Below, piece by piece: positions 8,625-18,333 of a stretch of DNA of 64,000 nt. Made by a program: the position numbers and the translations under genes. The notes beneath the pieces were generated by a model that did not search any database, was not told the origin of the DNA, and worked only from the letters and a program-made list of their open reading frames with translations. This stretch comes from Pirellulales bacterium. GTDB taxonomy: Bacteria > Planctomycetota > Planctomycetia > Pirellulales > PALSA-1355. The DNA lies in the NCBI GenBank assembly GCA_963733035.1, contig CAVTBU010000006.1, forward strand, positions 704,001 through 768,000, written 5' to 3'. Position 1 is the stretch's first letter, and each line of letters begins with the position of its first letter.

Positions 8625-11069
8625 TCAACGTATAAGGTTAAGAGGATTCCAAAAGGGTGGGCGTTTTCGGGCCACCGAAGCGGCTGGTTTCGCGGATTCG
8701 TTCCGCGATGATTCTCCAACGGCAATCGGTGGGGCAGGCCTCGATGGAATATTTGCGTTGGGCTGCGCTCCCAGGCTGGCGAACGTCGCCGGATCGACCC
8801 ATTGCACGGGCGGAGCTTTTGTATCGGGTTGCGTCTGTTGCAGGGCGTCGGCCTGTTGACGCGTTTGGGCCGCCATTTCACCTTCGCCCAGACGAGACTG
8901 CACGACGGCCAGATTCTTCAGCATGATCGGTTGCGGTGATTGCGCCACGCTACCCATCAGCAACTCGCGGGCAAGTTCGAGTTGACCGGAACCGGCCAGC
9001 AACACGCCAAGTTCATGTGCTGCCCGAAAATTCTGTGGCTCGCAGATCAGAGCCGCCTGATACAGAGTGATCGCCGGTCCAGTGAATTCCATTTGCTGGG
9101 CGTTGCGTCCGGCACCGGCAATGATGATCTTGCCAAGCCCGTAAAGGGCAATCGAACCAACCGTTTCTCGTCCGACGCCGGCTGCCAGGTGTTCCTTGGC
9201 AAACCCGTAGTAGTATTGCGCGGCCAGAGCCGGGGGCATGTCGGACAGATTGCGCTGTTTCAACACTGGTGTTTGGTGACCTCGGACCAGCCGGGCCACG
9301 TCGAGATCGGCCGGGCTCGACGCGACAAAATCACGCGCCTCTGTTAGCGCCAGCAAGCCGGCCGCAACGGCCTTACTGAATTGCCGCGTACCCCGCTCGA
9401 CGTCGTGTGCCTGGGCGATCAAATTGATCGCAGAAGTGAACTCCTTTCGCGACGCGTACATGGCGCCTTTCTCGGCCAATTGAATCGCGTGCCGAACTCG
9501 TTCGTCGGCCTGCGCCAACGTGGCCACCATCGCCGGAGAACGCGTGCCAGGCACCTGCGGTAGCGGAACGCTGGGGGCAACCGGTGCCGGTCGAGGCGCC
9601 TCGGCAAGCGGTGCAGCGGGCGCAGGCAACGGGACCGTCGCCGCGACATCGCGTGCTGCTTCAACGCGCGCGGGGGCCGGCGGAGCGACCGCAATCGGCG
9701 CGGGGCCAATTGGAGCGACCGACACGGCGGGCGGCGCCGCCTTGGCGATCTCCGTCGGATGTGGCGGCTGCGCCGGCGAGGCCACGGATTGGGATTGAGC
9801 GGCGCGCGGTGGGGCCACGGCTTCGACGTCCACGGGCGGTCGCGCAGCTAATTTGGATTCGACCTTTGTCTCGCCCGCGGTGGCGTTCGAATCGGGCAGG
9901 GTCGCCAGTGTGGGGACCCGGTCGACCGCAATTTGAGCGGGCTTTGCCACCCGCCGCGTTTCCGCCTTTGCCACGGGTACCGGTTCGGACTGGGCAATCG
10001 GGGTCGGATTGTCAGCAATCTCGGGCTCAGCCTTGACGGTCAAAGTTGATTCCAGTTCGATGCGTTGTTCCGGCTCGCGGACTTCCTGTGCCTCGGATCG
10101 CGCGACCGTCGGAGTTTGTGCATCGACTTCCGGAGCTGGTTCTGTGCCTGCAATTGTCGGTTCCGACTCGACGACCTGCGGCGCAGGAGGCGTTGCCGCT
10201 GGTTCCGCTTTTATCGAGAGCGCGGTAATGGCCGGCACGATGGGCGCTGGGGACAAGCTGGTGACCTGAGGCGTCTCGGCTTTGGGCTTGGTCGGCTTAA
10301 CCGTCGTCACAGCGGACGGCTCCGGTTTCGCCTCTGGTTTGGCCAACGACGGCGACTCGGACTTCGGCTGGAGGGGCGAGCCCGAACCGCGCGCGATGAC
10401 GCGCACTGGCAATAGTTCGCGCCTTGTATCGGCAAAGCGTGAATTTGTCGATGCCTTGGATCGACGAGCATTCGCTTGCTTGTTCGAGGGCGTGTCGCTG
10501 GCAGACTTCTCGCGACTCGGTTGCACGTCGAGTTTGATTGTTTCAACTGCCAGGCTTTTCGCCGGCGTTTTCGAGTTGTCAGCAAACTTGAGTTCACAAT
10601 CAACGGTCGGTTCAGCTGGCACGGGTTCTAAAGCGGCTTCAGCCTCGACGCTCTCGGATTCGATTTCGGCGGCGACCGCCTCCGGCGCGTCGTTCCCAGA
10701 CGCGCTCATGGGGACGTCCACGTCGAGCGTTTTTGCTGACTCCGGTGTCGGTACCGCGGAGGAATCTACCAACTCGTCAACTGCCCAGGGGTCAACTGGG
10801 GCTACCGCGATTTGACCACCGTTGTGATGCGTCGTTTCTTCGACCTCGACGGTTGTAGAGGTCTTCGGACTTGCCGAAATCGTGTAGGAATTCGGTTCGA
10901 AAAAGTCCTGCTCTGGACTGACAACGACGGCCTGCGGAGGGCCGAGCGGTCGCGTTTGTTGCCGTGCGGTCGCCGTGGGCTGGCTGTTGCTGTTGCCACA
11001 CCCCACGCTCAACAGAGCGCCGAGCGAGGCAGTTGCGGCTGCGCAGCGGGCAATGGCTTTACGATCCAT
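8625..11069 (-). CDS. Putative lipoprotein with long Pro/Ala/Glu-rich linker and C-terminal TPR-like domain
   Basis: Lipobox-like LSVGC after a hydrophobic segment; about 480 aa of low complexity; helical repeats such as ALICEPQNFRAAHELGVLLAGSGQLELA. Confidence 0.72.
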   Translation of the reverse strand: MDRKAIARCAAATASLGALLSVGCGNSNSQPTATARQQTRPLGPPQAVVVSPEQDFFEPNSYTISASPKTSTTVEVEETTHHNGGQIAVAPVDPWAVDELVDSSAVPTPESAKTLDVDVPMSASGNDAPEAVAAEIESESVEAEAALEPVPAEPTVDCELKFADNSKTPAKSLAVETIKLDVQPSREKSASDTPSNKQANARRSKASTNSRFADTRRELLPVRVIARGSGSPLQPKSESPSLAKPEAKPEPSAVTTVKPTKPKAETPQVTSLSPAPIVPAITALSIKAEPAATPPAPQVVESEPTIAGTEPAPEVDAQTPTVARSEAQEVREPEQRIELESTLTVKAEPEIADNPTPIAQSEPVPVAKAETRRVAKPAQIAVDRVPTLATLPDSNATAGETKVESKLAARPPVDVEAVAPPRAAQSQSVASPAQPPHPTEIAKAAPPAVSVAPIGPAPIAVAPPAPARVEAARDVAATVPLPAPAAPLAEAPRPAPVAPSVPLPQVPGTRSPAMVATLAQADERVRHAIQLAEKGAMYASRKEFTSAINLIAQAHDVERGTRQFSKAVAAGLLALTEARDFVASSPADLDVARLVRGHQTPVLKQRNLSDMPPALAAQYYYGFAKEHLAAGVGRETVGSIALYGLGKIIIAGAGRNAQQMEFTGPAITLYQAALICEPQNFRAAHELGVLLAGSGQLELARELLMGSVAQSPQPIMLKNLAVVQSRLGEGEMAAQTRQQADALQQTQPDTKAPPVQWVDPATFASLGAQPNANIPSRPAPPIAVGESSRNESAKPAASVARKRPPFWNPLNLIR

Positions 11070-11622
11070 CGTTCGTCCGTGCCTGATAGCTTAGTGAAGG
11101 GGATCCATCCACATTCCCAATCGTCGCGATCGAGGCGGTGAACGGAATAAATCCACCGTGAGCGACTCTACGACCTAAGCGGGGGGGGCATACAGCCGAC
11201 AAATCTTCACTTGTTTGCCACACCGGAAATCTATGTAGAGTTTTCCGTGTTTTCGCACGCGGACCGTTTTCTTATGCGAGAAATCACGCGCTTTGCGCTT
11301 GCGTCTTGCGTTGGCCATACAAGCAGCTGTTGCCATGCGGCCCCCGTATTGGAAGTCGGGTAATAACGGTGTGACCGTCCTTACCGCCCACCGACAAGCA
11401 TTCTGCTCGTCCCCTAGCGCATCTTGCCTAGGCGCTGCCCCTCCCGCAATTAGCATAAAACCCATGCGGTTACTGGGTTAATTGGGCAACTTGGGTAGCG
11501 CATGGGACGTTCGAGTCCGTCTTCAACGGCGGCTCTTGGCACCACGGCAGAACTGAGAAGAGGCCGTGCGGCGAGCGGACACCACGAAGTGCGCCACTGC
11601 ATCCTATTCCAAAGGCCACTCT

Positions 11623-14600
11623 ATGCATTGGTTGAAGCTGCTTGGGCCGCCGCGCGGTCGTAAAGCGCCGGCGCTACGCAAACACGCATTGGACCTCCAG
11701 TTCGAAACCCTCGAACAACGACGAGTCCTCTCGATTGATCCGGTGGCTGTTGTCGCGCCCGAGACGGTTAGTCCTGATCCGGTTGTGGTGCCCTTGGCCG
11801 TTGCCGACCAGAGCATCCAGAGTTCGTGGCAAGCTGATTCGACCAGCACCCTGTCCGTTTCCGAGCACACTGGCGAAAAGCCACAATCCAAAGTGTGGAC
11901 CTATGATGGCGAGTGGTTCGCCGTGCTGCCGAATTCGACGGGCACCTGGATCTGGCGACTCGACAATGGTGCCTGGACTCCCGTTTTGGAGTTGTCCAGT
12001 TCGAACACGTACCACGCCGACGTCAAACCGACGGGCAACATAACACACGTGCTGCTGTTCGACGGCGGCATTACGCAGTTGGCCAGCGTTCAATACGTGG
12101 CGGCGACCCATTCGTACGAGTTCTGGTCGCAGCGTCCTGACAACGTGGGCATCGCGCTGCCCGGTTCCACGGAAACGGCGACCATCGACATCGACTCGCA
12201 AGGCCGCATGTGGTTGGCCTACGACAACAAGTCGGCGCACACCGTCGAAGTCCGCTATAGCGACGGCGACTACGGAAGCTGGAGCGGTCCGATCACCGTT
12301 GCATCAGGACTCGCAACTGACGATATCTCGGCCATTGTCGCAATGAGTACTGGACAGATTGGTGTCTTCTGGTCGAACCAGAACACGCGCCGATTCGGAT
12401 TCCGGACGCACGACGATGGTGCTGATCCGAACCAGTGGAACGCTTTTGAAGTGCCCGCCGATCAATCGGCGTTAAACATCGGGCACGGCATGGCCGACGA
12501 CCACATGCATTTGGTGTGCGGCTCGGACGGGACGATATACGCGGCCGTCAAAACCGGCTACGACAGCTCCAAGGCCACGGAAATCGGGCTCTTGGTGCGG
12601 CATCCCGACGGAACCTGGGATCCACTGTATGACGTTGCTCCGGTGGGAACTCGCCCGATCGTGGTCCTTAACGAACAGTTGGGCAGCGTCCTCGTCGCCT
12701 ACACCGAGCAAGATGCCGGCGGCAAGATTCTCTATCGTGAAACGTCGACTAGTTCGATTTCTTTCGGCCCGGCGCAAGTGTTGATCAGCGGTGCCACTTA
12801 CAACAACGTCACCAGTACCAAGCAGACGTTCACCGACCAGATCCTATTTGTTGCGGCCACCAGTTCCAAAGTGGCCGGCACATTGCTGATCAATCCGGAA
12901 GCCACCCCATCGGCACCTGTCACAAATCAGCCGCCGCAGGTCAGTGCCGGACCCGACCTCTCGACGCAGCTTGGCACCCCCGTCGCCCTGAACGCCTCTG
13001 CTAGCGATGACGGCGAGCCAAGCGGCACCTTGACGCTGCAATGGATCATGGTCAGCGGTCCAGGTTCGGCCTTCTTCGGCAATACGAACGTCGCCTCTAC
13101 CAATGTCACCTTCAGCGCGGCCGGTACCTATGTGCTGCGGTTAACTGCCTCAGACGGTACCTTGGCGGCCAGCGACGACGTGACGGTGACCGTGACAACT
13201 AGCGCTCCGGCGAACCAGGCCCCCAGTGTCCAGGCAGGCTCGGACCTGGCCGGTGCGACGGGCACCCCAATCCAATTGGCTGGAGCCATCACCGACGACG
13301 GATTGCCGACCGGAACGCTCACGTCCCAGTGGACGCTACTCAGCGGGCCTGGTCTGGTCAATTTCGCAGACGCCAATGCCGCCAGCACAACAGCGACGTT
13401 CAGCGTGGCGGGCAGTTACGTATTGCGATTGACGGCTTCGGACGGGGCCTTGAGTTCGAGCGATGACGTGACAGTCACCGTAACCACGGCCACCTCGCCC
13501 GGCATCGTCGGTTTTTGGAACTTCCTAAAGGGCATTGGGGCGGGGTACCCGAGTGAGATCGGCGACTTGGGAAGCTTGCAGGGGGGAGCTACCGTTAGCA
13601 CCGATGGCCGGCTGAACCTCAATGGCTCCGGGCAGCAATACGTTGTGCCTGACATGCCCGAGTTGCAAATCTCGAATGCCATCACCATTACCGCCTGGAT
13701 TAAACCCAGTACCGGTGGGACCCAGTATATTGTCAAGAAGGCATCTAGCAACTCGACTGACGGGTTTGAACTGGGCTTGAGCAACAGCGGCACCGTATTT
13801 GTGCGCTTTAATCAAGCGAGTTCTGGCAACAGCTACCGTATCGACTCTTCGTCCAAGTATCCGACCAATGGCAATACTTGGATGCACGTGGCGGCGACCT
13901 ATGATGGCTCAACAATTCGGCTGTACATCAACGGCCAGGAACAGGCAAGCCAGGCAGCCAAGTTTACCATTGCCACGAACAATTTGCCCTTGAGCCTTGG
14001 CTCAGGTGACAGTGGCAGTCGCACAATGCAAGGTCAGCTTGACGAAGTGTTGGTTACCGACCGAGCACTTTCGGCGGCGGAGGTCTCGCAGGTGTATTCC
14101 GGCGGGTTCCATCCGACGCCACCGTCGGCGCCGGTCAACCAACCGCCCAGCGTCAGCGCGGGTTCGGATCAGTCAACCCAAGTGGGCGTTAGTTTCAATC
14201 TTAGCGGTTCGGTTGCCGACGACGGTCAGCCGTCGGGCTCGCTCTTGAGCAATTGGAGCGTGGTCAGCGGACCAGGCGCGGTCAGCTTCGGAAACGCGGC
14301 ATCGCCAACGAGCCTCGTCACGTTCAGCGCAGCGGGCACCTACGTCCTGCGGCTAACAGCTTCGGACGGCGACCTCAGCTCGAGCGACGACGTTACCTTC
14401 GTCGTAGCCGCGGCAAGCTCGCCAGGCATTGTTGGCTTTTGGAACTTCAAGTCGGGCTTTGGAGCCGGATACCCCAGCGAGATTGGCGACCAGGGAAGCC
14501 TGCAAGGGGGGGCCACGGTCACCAGTAACGGCCGTCTTAACCTGAACGGCTCGGGACAAAGCTACGTCGTGCCAGACGTTCCGCAATTGCAGATTGCCGA

Positions 14601-15969
14601 TGCGATCACGATTACGGCCTGGATCAAGCCCAGCGCCAGCGGGTCGCAAACCGTGATCAGCAAGGCAAGCAGCAACACGACCGACGGCTTTGAACTGGGG
14701 CTAAGTGCCAGCGGCACGGTCTTCGTCCGCTTCAATCAGGCGAGTTCGGGAGACAGCTATCGCGTTGACTCAACATCGAGCTATCCGACGAGCGGAAACA
14801 ACTGGATGCACGTCGCCGCGACCTACGACGGTTCCACGATTCGTCTCTACATCAACGGCCAGCAGCAGGCCAGCTTGGCCGCTTCGATCACAATCGGCAC
14901 AAACAATCTGCCGCTGACATTTGGTTCAGACGCCGGCGGTGCGAATTCGATGGCGGGGCAACTCGACGAAGTGTTGATCACGGATCGCGCGCTCACGGCC
15001 TTTGAGATCTCGCAGGTGTACGTCGGCGGGTTCAATCCCACTTCCCCGTCAAGCGTCAATCAACCGCCAACCGTCAGTGCCGGGCCTGACTTGAGTGGAC
15101 AAACCGGAGTGTCCATCTCACTCAACGGTCTTGCGACCGACGACGGACAACCCTCGGGTGTCTTGCTATCGCAGTGGACCGCGGTGAGCGGCCCCGGTTC
15201 CGTCGATTTTGGCGACGCAAGCGCGGTAAGTACGACGGCGACTTTCAGTACGGCAGGCACCTACGTTTTGCGGCTGACGGCTTCGGATGGGGCATTGAGT
15301 TCGAGCGACGACGTAACGGTCGAGGTGACCTCGTCCAGCTCGCCGGGCCTCGTTGGCTTCTGGAACTTTAAGCAGGGTATTGGGGCGGGGTATGCCAGCG
15401 AGATCGGTGATCAGGGGAGTTTGCAAGGCGGCGCCACCGTAACCAGTAACGGCCGCCTCAATCTGAACGGCTCGGGACAGAGCTACGTCGTACCGGACGG
15501 TCCCCAGTTGCAGATCGCCGACGCGATTACGATCACCGCCTGGATCAAGCCCAGCGCCAGCGGATCGCAAACCATCGTCAGCAAGGCAGGCAGCAATACG
15601 ACCGACGGATTTGAACTGGGATTAAGCGCCAGCGGCACGGTCTTCGTCCGCTTCAACCAAGCCAGTTCAGGAGACACGTATCGTGTCGATTCGTCGTCAA
15701 GCTATCCCACCGACGGCAACACTTGGCTGCACGTGGCGGCGACTTATGACGGTTCCACAATCCGACTCTACATTAACGGCCAGGAGCAGGCGAGCCAGAC
15801 GGGTGCGTTTTCCATCGGTACAAATAGCCTCCCGCTGACATTCGGCGCTGATGCCAACGGTGCCAACTCAATGGTGGGACAGCTCGACGAAGTGCTAATC
15901 ACCGACCGGGCTTTGTCGGCCTCCGAGATTTCAAAGGTGTACACCGGCGGGTTCAATCCCACGCCGTGA
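11623..15969 (+). CDS. Large secreted/surface protein: N-terminal beta-rich domain, 4 PKD-like and 3 LamG-like domains
   Basis: Planctomycete export motif FETLEQRRVLS; PKD units (NQPP.VSAG.D...GTYVLRLTASDG) and LamG units (ITITAWIKP...W.HVAATYDG..IRLYING...GQLDEV). ATG at 11623. Confidence 0.9.
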   Translation: MHWLKLLGPPRGRKAPALRKHALDLQFETLEQRRVLSIDPVAVVAPETVSPDPVVVPLAVADQSIQSSWQADSTSTLSVSEHTGEKPQSKVWTYDGEWFAVLPNSTGTWIWRLDNGAWTPVLELSSSNTYHADVKPTGNITHVLLFDGGITQLASVQYVAATHSYEFWSQRPDNVGIALPGSTETATIDIDSQGRMWLAYDNKSAHTVEVRYSDGDYGSWSGPITVASGLATDDISAIVAMSTGQIGVFWSNQNTRRFGFRTHDDGADPNQWNAFEVPADQSALNIGHGMADDHMHLVCGSDGTIYAAVKTGYDSSKATEIGLLVRHPDGTWDPLYDVAPVGTRPIVVLNEQLGSVLVAYTEQDAGGKILYRETSTSSISFGPAQVLISGATYNNVTSTKQTFTDQILFVAATSSKVAGTLLINPEATPSAPVTNQPPQVSAGPDLSTQLGTPVALNASASDDGEPSGTLTLQWIMVSGPGSAFFGNTNVASTNVTFSAAGTYVLRLTASDGTLAASDDVTVTVTTSAPANQAPSVQAGSDLAGATGTPIQLAGAITDDGLPTGTLTSQWTLLSGPGLVNFADANAASTTATFSVAGSYVLRLTASDGALSSSDDVTVTVTTATSPGIVGFWNFLKGIGAGYPSEIGDLGSLQGGATVSTDGRLNLNGSGQQYVVPDMPELQISNAITITAWIKPSTGGTQYIVKKASSNSTDGFELGLSNSGTVFVRFNQASSGNSYRIDSSSKYPTNGNTWMHVAATYDGSTIRLYINGQEQASQAAKFTIATNNLPLSLGSGDSGSRTMQGQLDEVLVTDRALSAAEVSQVYSGGFHPTPPSAPVNQPPSVSAGSDQSTQVGVSFNLSGSVADDGQPSGSLLSNWSVVSGPGAVSFGNAASPTSLVTFSAAGTYVLRLTASDGDLSSSDDVTFVVAAASSPGIVGFWNFKSGFGAGYPSEIGDQGSLQGGATVTSNGRLNLNGSGQSYVVPDVPQLQIADAITITAWIKPSASGSQTVISKASSNTTDGFELGLSASGTVFVRFNQASSGDSYRVDSTSSYPTSGNNWMHVAATYDGSTIRLYINGQQQASLAASITIGTNNLPLTFGSDAGGANSMAGQLDEVLITDRALTAFEISQVYVGGFNPTSPSSVNQPPTVSAGPDLSGQTGVSISLNGLATDDGQPSGVLLSQWTAVSGPGSVDFGDASAVSTTATFSTAGTYVLRLTASDGALSSSDDVTVEVTSSSSPGLVGFWNFKQGIGAGYASEIGDQGSLQGGATVTSNGRLNLNGSGQSYVVPDGPQLQIADAITITAWIKPSASGSQTIVSKAGSNTTDGFELGLSASGTVFVRFNQASSGDTYRVDSSSSYPTDGNTWLHVAATYDGSTIRLYINGQEQASQTGAFSIGTNSLPLTFGADANGANSMVGQLDEVLITDRALSASEISKVYTGGFNPTP
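13213..15966 (+). repeat. Three tandem ~920 bp intragenic repeats (PKD+LamG unit)
   Basis: Units start at 13213, 14137 and 15058 (periods 924 and 921) with long near-identical DNA stretches. An extra PKD unit starts at 12925. Confidence 0.9.
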
Positions 15970-16003
15970 CCTGCCCACGCCGAGTAAAAAAAGTCACCAG
16001 TCG

Positions 16004-18295
16004 CTACGCCGCTCGACGGACCTCGGCTGAGGCGCGCACGGGCTGATCTCGCTGGCGACGCACGTTCCAGGCATGGATGCACCGCCGTAGATAGTATCGT
16101 ACCCGTCGTGGCCAATAGCGATGCGGCCGCAGCGCGACATAGGCCGTCCGCTTGACGTGCTGGAGCCATCGCGGATCATTCAACAGACTTTCCAGCGACA
16201 GACCCGTGTACGGCAACCAATTCCGGCGATAGTTCTTGGCACCACCGGACGGCAAGTCGCCGGCGAAATCAATCGGACAGCCGGCGATGTCATAGCTATC
16301 GCGGAAAGTAGCAGGTTGTTGTTCATAGTGATGCAGGAATTCGAAGTCGATTAATTTCAGACCCTGCTGCCGATCGATCAGGACGTTGTCGATGCTGGCA
16401 TCGATTAGGGCGTAGCCCGCCTCGTAAACGCAGCGAATCGCTCCGATCGCCTCCTGTGCCACGTCGATCGGCAGTAACCGTCCACTCGAACGATCATAGC
16501 GAAGCACATCATCGTAGAACGGATAAACGACGGTGCGCTCGCTGGATTCAAGTAGCGGGGGAACTTGTGGCACCTGCGGTGCGAGATCTCGCATCGCGTG
16601 TTCTTCGCGGCGGCAAAATCGCTCGCAGCCGAGTTTGAACGACTTGCGCACTGCGAGTCGCCCGTGGTATTTGATCAGCTCAATCTTGGTACGACGCCCA
16701 AACCGTGTCAGGTCCTGAAGTACCGGAGCGTCGTTTGAGCTGTCAGCGTTCCAGGAGTCCAGTCGGCGCCGGATCTCGCCCTCGCCTTCAGGCATTGCCA
16801 AGGCGATATACTCCCAGGCTTCGGTGCCGTTGTCGCTTGAATGCAGCGCGTTGCAATGTTCTTCGACAGGGAGCCCCTGATTGAACGCATCGCGAATCCG
16901 TCCCTTCTCCAACACGCGGGCATTGGTGGCCAACGGAAACTTCTTCCGCTGCCGGCGCGTCAACGGCTGCGGTTGCGGGTCGAACGCCACGACCACGGCC
17001 GCGGGAGGTCCTCCAGAAACCGCCCACGGTCCGCGGCCCCAATTGCCACCGCGAATGTTGGCGGCCACGTGGCGCAATTCCGCGTCGGAGAGCATTTTGA
17101 TTTTCAGAATTGAAAAACCAAGGTCTTCCAATAGTGGCACAAGCTTATCAAGACCGCCACGGTTCATTGCCTCGCTTCGGAGGATGAAAGTCACCAGACC
17201 CCGATCCTCCGGACGCTCGAGGTCGTCGTGCAGCGACTGGCGGATCCAGCGATTGCGTTTCCCCAATCGCAAAAGCATGTCGCGCGGCGGTTGCCAGTCA
17301 TGTTCGGCTAGAAACACGTCGAGACCCTCGCGAGTGACGTCCAGTGGTGTCCCAAGCTTGTTCGCCAGGCTCGACAGAATCGTGCGGTAGTCGTGATCGT
17401 GCGATCGTTCGCGACGCACCGGAGCGGCAGCCGACTTGGGGATGCCAGAGGATGGACCCTTGTGGTAAACGGCGTGATAAGCCAAGCTCAGCAGGTGCTG
17501 ATCAGGACGAGGTACGCGGCAGACTCCGTTGTGCGGCACGGCGCCGTCGAGGAGTTCCTTGGCCAGCCGAGGCGGAAAATACGGCATCTTGCGAAAGTCC
17601 GACCGGGGCAGACCGGTCTCGGAATAGATGTCACAGGGCTGAACGCCGGGGCCGTCCTCGAGTATCGCCAAGACCGCTTCCAGATGCTTGTCGTCGACGA
17701 GCAAGTCGAGGTCCTCTCCAGGCGGCAATTCGGGCAGCGATTCGAACCATCGTAGCACGACATGTCGCAGATCAGCATCCCGTAGTCGTTGCAGAAAGCC
17801 GGTCAAGCCGAGATTAAAAGGTACGTAGTGCCGGGCGCCGCTGGGCAGACGTCGACGTCGTACGGGATAGACGAGCAGGCAATCGTTACCATCGTCCGTG
17901 AGCGCCACGCGTTGTGCCGTCGACAGGTTTCCCAGCAGGACATGACACCAGCAGACCAGCCGGACCATTAGCAGCATGGGGTGCAAGCGGCCGCTGACGG
18001 CTACAAACTGAGCATGTCTCAGGTTGCGAAACCGGACCGCGCCCAACGCTGCGCGGCCGCCAACGATAAGCACCTCGGCATTATTTTCGCGGAGCGCGTT
18101 TCGCCGCACGGACACTGTCGCATGTGATTGCAGAGCGGGGTGTTCGGAAACGATCCGCGCGCATTGTTGCCGCGAGTTGGCGATGCACAGGTAGCGGTCA
18201 TATCCGGCGGCCAAGAGTCGCTCGCCCAGCGGTTGGCGGCCGGCGAAAACCTCGATGAACCTCGTGGTGGGTTCCCACCTGTCACGTGCGGGCAT
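16004..18295 (-). CDS. Multidomain protein: nucleotidyltransferase-like + NDP-kinase-like + protein-kinase-like (APH/Kdo type)
   Basis: VVLRW...GEDLDLLV (NTase DxD); TFILRSEA...GFSILKIKM...NALHSSDN (NDK-like); AVRK...LIDASIDNV...LIDFE (kinase fold). Confidence 0.7.
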   Translation of the reverse strand: MPARDRWEPTTRFIEVFAGRQPLGERLLAAGYDRYLCIANSRQQCARIVSEHPALQSHATVSVRRNALRENNAEVLIVGGRAALGAVRFRNLRHAQFVAVSGRLHPMLLMVRLVCWCHVLLGNLSTAQRVALTDDGNDCLLVYPVRRRRLPSGARHYVPFNLGLTGFLQRLRDADLRHVVLRWFESLPELPPGEDLDLLVDDKHLEAVLAILEDGPGVQPCDIYSETGLPRSDFRKMPYFPPRLAKELLDGAVPHNGVCRVPRPDQHLLSLAYHAVYHKGPSSGIPKSAAAPVRRERSHDHDYRTILSSLANKLGTPLDVTREGLDVFLAEHDWQPPRDMLLRLGKRNRWIRQSLHDDLERPEDRGLVTFILRSEAMNRGGLDKLVPLLEDLGFSILKIKMLSDAELRHVAANIRGGNWGRGPWAVSGGPPAAVVVAFDPQPQPLTRRQRKKFPLATNARVLEKGRIRDAFNQGLPVEEHCNALHSSDNGTEAWEYIALAMPEGEGEIRRRLDSWNADSSNDAPVLQDLTRFGRRTKIELIKYHGRLAVRKSFKLGCERFCRREEHAMRDLAPQVPQVPPLLESSERTVVYPFYDDVLRYDRSSGRLLPIDVAQEAIGAIRCVYEAGYALIDASIDNVLIDRQQGLKLIDFEFLHHYEQQPATFRDSYDIAGCPIDFAGDLPSGGAKNYRRNWLPYTGLSLESLLNDPRWLQHVKRTAYVALRPHRYWPRRVRYYLRRCIHAWNVRRQRDQPVRASAEVRRAA

Positions 18296-18333
18296 CCGTT
18301 TCCTCGCTGCTTGCGGCCGTTCTGTGCCGGCGT

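Noticed and set aside
11181..11188. G8 tract upstream of the EPS operon (and G9 at 4785-4793) as phase-variation sites
   Set aside because: Short tracts in a GC-rich genome; the G9 is in frame and encodes Pro-Pro-Pro; there is no evidence of length variation.
11370..11392. ops/JUMPstart-like GGCGGTAAG on the minus strand upstream of the EPS operon
   Set aside because: Imperfect short match in GC-rich DNA, with no RfaH/NusG paralog in the window.
13213..15966. Long repeats as CRISPR, mobile element or assembly duplication
   Set aside because: They are in-frame, diverged at synonymous sites and encode protein domains; no spacers or terminal repeats.
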